Virus record (IMG/VR): IMGVR_UViG_3300028805_000048
Origin: a virus
Lineage: Duplodnaviria; Caudoviricetes
Direction: 5' to 3' (one strand)
Length of the DNA stretch: 64,000 bases
Shown: positions 31,434 through 36,805 of the stretch, in pieces
Layout of the letters: each line of letters begins with the position of its first letter
How positions within the stretch are numbered: position 1 is the stretch's first letter
Made by a program: the position numbers and the translations under genes
Notes under the pieces: generated by a model
What the model was told of the DNA's origin: nothing
Seen by the model: the letters and a program-made list of their open reading frames with translations, nothing else
Databases searched by the model: none

Positions 31434-31539
31434 TTTAAGGTTGAAAAGTTTGGTTTATGGAACCTACTATCTAATAAACTATATACCTTTATTAGCATCA
31501 TGATTGTGTAGTAGGTATGCTAATATAAAACTTTTTCAT

Positions 31540-31614
31540 GCGACCATCGACTAATGGTTAGGTCATCACCCTTTCACGGTGGTAATAGGGGTTCAAATCC
31601 CCTTGGTCGTACCA
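31540..31614 (+). tRNA. tRNA-Glu(TTC)
   Basis: Loop CT-TTC-AC, ACCA end. Confidence 0.92.
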
Positions 31615-31618
31615 ATAT

Positions 31619-31694
31619 CCTCAGGTAGTTAAAGTGGTTATAACGGGGGTCTTATAAACCTCTATTCCTGGTTCGAGTCCAGGCCAGAGGACCA
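31619..31694 (+). tRNA. tRNA-Ile(TAT)
   Basis: Stem GGGGT/ACCTC, loop CT-TAT-AA, ACCA end. Confidence 0.88.
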
Positions 31695-31707
31695 ATTTAT
31701 TTTTAAT

Positions 31708-31784
31708 CGGGAGTTAGCTCAGCCTGGTAGAGCGCTTGCTTTGGGAGCAAGATGCCGTTGGTTCGAATCCAATACTCCCGACCA
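31708..31784 (+). tRNA. tRNA-Pro(TGG)
   Basis: Loop TT-TGG-GA, ACCA end. Confidence 0.93.
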
Positions 31785-31790
31785 ATTTAT

Positions 31791-31876
31791 GCAAGGTTAT
31801 ACCGTAGGAGTAGCGGGACAGACTGTAAATCTGTTGTCTTTGGACTCGGGTAGTGCGACTCTATCACCTTGCACCA
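31791..31876 (+). tRNA. tRNA-Tyr(GTA)
   Basis: Loop CT-GTA-AA, variable arm, ACCA end. Confidence 0.88.
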
Positions 31877-31883
31877 GTTTTAT

Positions 31884-31963
31884 GGGGCGTTAAATCTGGT
31901 TCTAGAACAGATTGCTTAGGATGTAGATCCAAGATAACATGTGAAAATCATGTGGCCCCGCCA
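31884..31963 (+). ncRNA. Aberrant tRNA-like RNA
   Basis: GGGGC/GCCCC acceptor with GCCA end and three arms, but non-canonical D, anticodon and T loops. Confidence 0.55.
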
Positions 31964-32104
31964 AGTTAGGGAGTTTCTTGTAGTTCTTCTCCGTGGATAG
32001 GACAATTAGTGATGAACTAGTTTGTCAAAAAGAGCTGCTTTTGTGGGAACAATACACTGAGATTACATCATACGGTCCATGTTCCCTTCTCTTTTTTTTT
32101 TATT

Positions 32105-32178
32105 TAGGGTGTCTTCTAAGGGTCGGAAAGTGGAATTTGACTCCATTAATCGAGGTTCGAATCCTTGCACCCTAGCCA
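32105..32178 (+). tRNA. tRNA-Gln(TTG)
   Basis: Stem GTGGA/TCCAT, loop AT-TTG-AC, GCCA end. Confidence 0.9.
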
Positions 32179-32377
32179 CAGTTCAAAAATTGTCAGAAAT
32201 GGAGATTTTTTTGCTATTTTACAAGCATGTAAGTTAATTCAAAGATAAATATATTTTGAAGGTTAGTTTTACAATAACTTAGCTATGTGAAAAATTAAAT
32301 TAGTAATAAAATAAGTTGAATTTATGAATTATCTATACTTTAATAATTGGAACTAGATTATTACTAGGAGTAATATA

Positions 32378-33169
32378 ATGACTGTAAACAAATATAAAGA
32401 TATCATTATCAATAAATATACAGAATATGATGAAGATACTCGTTTGGTTAGTGATAGAGGACATAATTTAGAATATTTAACCACTATGCGTTATATTCAA
32501 AAATTCCTAAAACCAGGTGCTAAAATATTAGAAATCGGTGCAGCAACTGGACGTTATTCTATTACTTTGGCTGAGATGGGGTATGATGTTACTGCTGTTG
32601 ACCTTACTCCTAAAAATATTGAAGTAATGAAATCTAAAAGTAAAAGATTAAAGAATTTTAATTGTATGATTGGCGATGCTTTGGATTTGAGCATGTTTGA
32701 TGATAAAACTTTTGATATGGTTTTAAATTTAGGACCTATGTATCATTTATTTAACAAAAAAGATAAAAACAAAGCAGTAAGTGAAACTTTACGTGTTGCT
32801 AAAAGAAAAGCGATATGTATGTTTGCGTATCTTCCTTGTGCTTCATTAATGACTAGTTATGGTTTACGACACCAAGCAGTTTCTCATTTAGACGAGTTAA
32901 TGGATAATGTCGGACGTTTTAAGGATACACCTGAAGAAATATTTAATACTTTTCATATTGAAGATTTTAAGAAGCTATTTAATAAAACAAATACAAAATA
33001 TATTACTAATGTAGCTACTGATGGTATAGCATATGCTATGAAAGAATGGGTAGAACAATTATCTAAAAAAGATTATGATGCTTTTATAAAATGGCATTTT
33101 TTAACTTGTGAGCGTATTGATCAACAAGGATATAGTGCGCATTTGTTATATATTTGTAAGAAAAAGTAG
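32378..33169 (+). CDS. Class I SAM-dependent methyltransferase
   Basis: ILEIGAATGRY, VTAVDL, GDALDL, FDMVLNLGPMYHL. Confidence 0.88.
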   Translation: MTVNKYKDIIINKYTEYDEDTRLVSDRGHNLEYLTTMRYIQKFLKPGAKILEIGAATGRYSITLAEMGYDVTAVDLTPKNIEVMKSKSKRLKNFNCMIGDALDLSMFDDKTFDMVLNLGPMYHLFNKKDKNKAVSETLRVAKRKAICMFAYLPCASLMTSYGLRHQAVSHLDELMDNVGRFKDTPEEIFNTFHIEDFKKLFNKTNTKYITNVATDGIAYAMKEWVEQLSKKDYDAFIKWHFLTCERIDQQGYSAHLLYICKKK

Positions 33170-33343
33170 TTTATTTATCTTGAGAATTATAAGCTCACTT
33201 TAGCTAATTTATGTAAAGAATTGTCCCAGTAATCCTATGACATCTTAGTAATGTTATGATCTGTTCTATGCAATAACATAGAGTTTTAAAAATTCCTAGG
33301 TTCTATTTTTAAAATGGACAAATGATATTTTTAATTATTTTAT

Positions 33344-33447
33344 GGGAAGCGTATATAGCTATGGAGACTATGGCAAGGACTAGTACCCTTGTCCTCGTAA
33401 GTACTAGTTAAAGAGACGGATGGTTCGATTCCACAAACTTCCCACCA
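33344..33447 (+). ncRNA. Aberrant, enlarged tRNA-like RNA (104 nt)
   Basis: GGGAAG/CTTCCC acceptor with ACCA end and GGTTCGATTCC T-arm; ambiguous anticodon region. Confidence 0.6.
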
Positions 33448-33457
33448 TATTTACTAA

Positions 33458-33549
33458 GGAACAGTGGCTGAGTGGTTTAAAGCAGCGATCTACTAAATCG
33501 TCGAGGGCAGAAATGTCTTCCAATCGTTCGAATCGATTCTGTTCCGCCA
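33458..33549 (+). tRNA. tRNA-Ser(ACT)
   Basis: Ser-type body with long variable arm and G73; stem GCGAT/ATCGT, loop CT-ACT-AA. Confidence 0.88.
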
Positions 33550-33645
33550 ATTTTAAAAATGTTGTTTCCTATAAAAAAATGACTTTACAAAATAAAAAAT
33601 TTGTTTTATATATAAAAATATAAAATGAGAAAGGTTCTAATAAAT

Positions 33646-33723
33646 ATGATGAATAGATTAGTTAAAAAATGTTGGCACATGTTTGGATTCGCAGGTAAAA
33701 CTGACGGAGGTGTTAACTATTAA
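33646..33723 (+). CDS. Attenuator leader peptide 2 (MMNRLVKKCWHMFGFAGKTDGGVNY)
   Basis: 25-codon ORF starting 6 nt after GTTCTA (GAAAGG upstream); the run KKCWHMFGFAGK matches all 8 downstream tRNAs. Confidence 0.85.
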   Translation: MMNRLVKKCWHMFGFAGKTDGGVNY

Positions 33724-33752
33724 CTAAAATCTTTTCTAAAGTTAATTTAAAT

Positions 33753-33799
33753 AAAAACCTCCGAAAAAGTAAAAAGTTTCGGAGGTTTTTCTTATTTTT
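33753..33799 (+). terminator. Attenuator terminator of tRNA operon 2
   Basis: AAAAACCTCCGAAA...TTTCGGAGGTTTTTCTTATTTTT; the left arm is complementary to CGGAGGT at 33705-33711 in the leader. Confidence 0.85.
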
Positions 33800-33819
33800 A
33801 TGTATATATTATGAAGATT

Positions 33820-33898
33820 GGGGAATGGGACTGCTTGGGGTGGTCATCTCGTTTGCACCGAGAAATTCAGGTGAGTTCAAAACTCACATTCTCCACCA
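33820..33898 (+). tRNA. tRNA-Ala(TGC)
   Basis: G3:U70 pair, loop TT-TGC-AC, ACCA end. Confidence 0.9.
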
Positions 33899-33900
33899 AT

Positions 33901-33976
33901 GGATATCTGGTATAGCTGGTGCGTACGTCTGTCTGAAGAACAGAAGGACCGAGTTCGATTCTTGGGGTATCCACCA
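33901..33976 (+). tRNA. tRNA-Phe(GAA)
   Basis: Loop CT-GAA-GA, ACCA end. Confidence 0.9.
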
Positions 33977-33980
33977 TTAC

Positions 33981-34056
33981 GGAGCTATAGTATAAATGGT
34001 TATTACTTGCGACTTTTAATCGTAAAATCAAGATTCGAGTTCTTGTGGCTCCACCA
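33981..34056 (+). tRNA. tRNA-Lys(TTT)
   Basis: Loop CT-TTT-AA, ACCA end. Confidence 0.9.
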
Positions 34057-34059
34057 AAT

Positions 34060-34135
34060 GGCAACATATTTCAATCGGTAGAAAGCATCTCTCATAAGGA
34101 TGTAGTTACTTGTTCAAGTCAAGTTGTTGCCACCA
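34060..34135 (+). tRNA. tRNA-Met(CAT), elongator (Ile2 not excluded)
   Basis: Paired G1:C72, loop CT-CAT-AA. Confidence 0.85.
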
Positions 34136-34138
34136 TGT

Positions 34139-34212
34139 GGACCGTTGACAGAGCGTTTATGTGTTCGGCTGCAACCCGAATTAGATGGGTTAGACTCCCT
34201 TACGGTTCTCCA
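34139..34212 (+). tRNA. tRNA-Cys(GCA)
   Basis: Loop CT-GCA-AC, U73 discriminator. Confidence 0.88.
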
Positions 34213-34214
34213 AT

Positions 34215-34289
34215 GCGATTCTCGTATAATGGTTATTATGTTAGTCTTCCAAACTAAAGATATGAGTTCAATTCTCATGAATCGCTCCA
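34215..34289 (+). tRNA. tRNA-Gly(TCC)
   Basis: Loop CT-TCC-AA, U73 discriminator. Confidence 0.9.
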
Positions 34290-34291
34290 AA

Positions 34292-34365
34292 GGAGGTTTA
34301 GTTCAAAGGTAGAACACTGGTCTCCAAAACCAAAAATGATTGTTCGAGTCAGTCAACCTCTGCCA
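34292..34365 (+). tRNA. tRNA-Trp(CCA)
   Basis: Loop CT-CCA-AA, GCCA end. Confidence 0.9.
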
Positions 34366-34415
34366 TTTCAAAATTTTACGCATAGAAGTATATATCAGTG
34401 ACTTGGTTTATACTT

Positions 34416-34492
34416 GTGTGCGTAGCATAAATGGATAATGCACTGGTTTGTGGTACCAGATCATGTGGGATCATACCCCACCGTACACCCCA
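34416..34492 (+). tRNA. tRNA-His(GTG)
   Basis: Stem CTGGT/ACCAG, loop TT-GTG-GT, C73; genomic base at -1 is T rather than G. Confidence 0.85.
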
Positions 34493-34628
34493 ATAAAATT
34501 TTTATTTATGGCTTTACTTTTACAAAACATTATTTTATTTTAAATTTGTTTGTTAAATATATACAAACGTTGTATTAACCGTGGAATTTTTCAGAAACCA
34601 CATTAAATAAACTGAAGAGGATAATGAA

Positions 34629-34850
34629 ATGTCAAAAAGTCAAATGATAGATAGACGTATAAATAAAATAGATGATAATTTTGTATATGTTGAATATACT
34701 TATTTATATGTCGATGAAAAAGAAAATATAGAAAAACAAAAAGGTGATTTTAAAGGTTTTCATCCAATTGGTAAAACTATCCATAAAAATATTAAGATGC
34801 ATGGAAAATATACTGGTTGGGTATGGGGACAAATGTATCAAAAAAATTAG
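34629..34850 (+). CDS. Hypothetical protein
   Basis: GAGGA RBS; TTTACT promoter at about 34514. Confidence 0.6.
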   Translation: MSKSQMIDRRINKIDDNFVYVEYTYLYVDEKENIEKQKGDFKGFHPIGKTIHKNIKMHGKYTGWVWGQMYQKN

Positions 34851-34876
34851 AAATATTTTTAAATAAAATAGTTCTA

Positions 34877-35197
34877 ACATCAATGTCGTTTGAGCCGCGA
34901 CTTTAAAATAATGACGGATGAAAAATTCCAAGCTCAATTGGAGTGCTGTATCCATAGTCAAAAAATTAACAGCTATAGTAGTAAACTACTGGTGTTTGAA
35001 TATTTAACCTATAGAAATAATATTCAGTTCTGCAACTTAAGATTTATCTTATCTATAAAGTTGTTCGGTTTAAGAGTAATCGATTGAATACGTATGGAGT
35101 ATAGTGCACGAAACATACGATACGATAAAGACTTAATCAAACTCTTCGTTATCTATTGACAGATTGTTGTTGACTACGTTAATGTCAACTTTTATTT
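34877..35197 (+). ncRNA. Candidate structured RNA (about 310 nt) leading into tRNA-fMet
   Basis: Nested long-range stems and at least five internal hairpins; GTTCTA motif at 34871. Confidence 0.5.
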
Positions 35198-35199
35198 AT

Positions 35200-35275
35200 A
35201 GCAGGGTAGAGCAGTAGTAGCTTACTTGGCTCATAACCAAGAGGTCGTGGTGTGCAATTCCCACCCCTGCAACCA
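35200..35275 (+). tRNA. tRNA-fMet(CAT), initiator-like
   Basis: Unpaired 1:72, TAGAGCAG D-stem, loop CT-CAT-AA, AACCA end. Confidence 0.85.
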
Positions 35276-35278
35276 ATC

Positions 35279-35579
35279 AAATTTGGTTTTACTCGAATAA
35301 TTAGTTGATGGCTAATAAGAGTACATATATAAATACTGAAAAGTTTTATGTGTGGTTGGATGTAACAAGAAGCATAAAGTTGAATTAGCATAGGTTGGCC
35401 AACCTATAGTGACGTAAGAAATGGACAAATCGTGTTGAACAATACTGACATCTGTATCCATTTGGAGGTAAACAATCCTCTCATCTATTAAACAAAAGAT
35501 TAGCTACCTTTTGTAGATGTGACTGAATAATGTGCTTGTTAATAACTTGGAGGTAGTCAGGAGTCCTTCAACCAAATTT
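35279..35579 (+). ncRNA. Candidate multi-hairpin ncRNA (about 300 nt)
   Basis: Closing stem AAATTTGGTT/AACCAAATTT with many internal hairpins; no plus-strand ORF in the track. Confidence 0.55.
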
Positions 35580-35603
35580 TTAATTAAGTAAAAGGAATAG
35601 AAT

Positions 35604-35777
35604 ATGAAAAAGAAAAAACGAATAAAAACAGGTGAAGAAAGAATAATTCTATTTAATCTTTATCACAATAAAATATATCGACACAAGGTAATAAAAAATA
35701 AAAAAAGAGAACAAAAGAAGTTCAATATAAATAAAGAGATTGGTTATTATTCAAGTTGTTATCTATTAACTGTTTAA
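35604..35777 (+). CDS. ArfA-like alternative ribosome rescue factor, 57 aa (not in ORF track)
   Basis: AAAGGA RBS; LYHNKIYRHKVIKNKK aligns by eye with ArfA LLHDPLFRQRVEKNKK; long hairpin over the 3-prime end; hydrophobic tail. Confidence 0.6.
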   Translation: MKKKKRIKTGEERIILFNLYHNKIYRHKVIKNKKREQKKFNINKEIGYYSSCYLLTV

Positions 35778-35839
35778 ATAATAACCAATTTTCTTTTATT
35801 AAATTTGTTTTTTTTTGATTATTATATGGTGTTAAAATA

Positions 35840-36214
35840 ATGATTTATAAACATTTTCTAGATTTCACAAAAAATTCTCCTTTTGATAAATTATCAGGTG
35901 ATCAAAAAAGAGCTGTAGAAACACAAGCTAACATAGATTTAGAAGCACATAAACTGTCAAGATATTATAAAAAAGCTATAAAAGATGAAGAAATAGAGAA
36001 TGAATTGTTTAAAGCTTTATGCAAACAATATGCAAAAAAATCTGAAAATGAGTTAAAGAAAATGGTAATATTAGATTCAAAAGCTTTATACTATTATCCA
36101 TTAACAAAAGATAGAATTGAATATTACGAAAAATTAGCAAAAGAAAAAGCTGATGCCATGGATAGAAATATATATGCTCAAACAAAATTACATTTTAAAA
36201 ACTTCGATAGATAA
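35840..36214 (+). CDS. Hypothetical protein
   Basis: ORF track. Confidence 0.6.
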   Translation: MIYKHFLDFTKNSPFDKLSGDQKRAVETQANIDLEAHKLSRYYKKAIKDEEIENELFKALCKQYAKKSENELKKMVILDSKALYYYPLTKDRIEYYEKLAKEKADAMDRNIYAQTKLHFKNFDR

Positions 36215-36285
36215 AAAGGTTTTACAAAAATAATAATTTGAAATATATAAAAAATGTAATAAAAATAATTCTCGGAGATATTAAT

Positions 36286-36579
36286 ATGAAAAAAATTTTA
36301 TGTTTGTTTAGTGTTTTGTTTTTATTTGCTTGTACATCTACACCGGAAGTAACAGAAAATAAAAATGTAACTTTACGAAATTCTAATGAGATGAAGTATA
36401 ACTCTTATAGTAAAACAGAATGTAATACTTGTACATCATCATATACAGTTCGTAAACCAGTTGAAGTTATCTATGAAAATACTACATACACAACAGTTTA
36501 TGAACCAAAAGTATACACAACAATAACACATGAAAGAAAACCTTATAATAGATGTGAAAATTCTGATTTGTGTTATTAG
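36286..36579 (+). CDS. Lipoprotein
   Basis: GGAGA RBS; MKKILCLFSVLFLFAC signal peptide with lipobox Cys. Confidence 0.75.
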   Translation: MKKILCLFSVLFLFACTSTPEVTENKNVTLRNSNEMKYNSYSKTECNTCTSSYTVRKPVEVIYENTTYTTVYEPKVYTTITHERKPYNRCENSDLCY

Positions 36580-36593
36580 TTTTTAGAGTTTTT

Positions 36594-36630
36594 AAAAAAA
36601 GAGATGCTTTTAAACATCTCTTTTTTTTAT
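36594..36630 (+). terminator. Intrinsic terminator (bidirectional)
   Basis: AAAAAAAGAGATG/CATCTCTTTTTTT. Confidence 0.75.
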
Positions 36631-36684
36631 TTATGGCTTTACTTTTCATTTTGTATAGTTTATAATTAAATTATAAATTTTTAT

Positions 36685-36774
36685 GGGAAGGTGACTGAGA
36701 TAAACAAAGGTGATATAGAATAACTATATTGTCAAGAAATTGACTGTTCAGGTGAGATTCCTGACCTTCCCCCA
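36685..36774 (+). ncRNA. Aberrant class II tRNA-like RNA
   Basis: GGGAAGG/CCTTCCC acceptor then CCA; variable arm GTCAA/TTGAC; T-arm TCAGG/CCTGA; no U33 in the anticodon loop. Confidence 0.6.
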
Positions 36775-36805
36775 CGTTTATAAATCTAATTTATGAAAGA
36801 ACAAA

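Noticed and set aside
31884-31963. tmRNA (GGGGC start)
   Set aside because: Only 80 nt, no G3:U70 pair, G discriminator and no tag reading frame.
33485-33501. Amber suppressor reading (CTA) of the Ser tRNA at 33458
   Set aside because: The GCGAT/ATCGT stem fixes the 7-nt loop as CT-ACT-AA, so the anticodon is ACT.
30640-33800. T-box riboswitches as the control elements of the tRNA operons
   Set aside because: No TGGNACCGCG T-box bulge or Stem I is visible; leader ORFs with alternative pairings explain the regions better.
31318-35391. Track ORFs 31318, 31993, 33420, 33867, 33899, 34045, 34124, 34704 and 35185
   Set aside because: They overlap tRNA genes or structured RNA and lack RBSs; spurious.
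32378-36579. Host assignment from host-like genes (methyltransferase, lipoprotein)
   Set aside because: They give an impression of gut-associated bacteria, but this cannot be supported without a database search.
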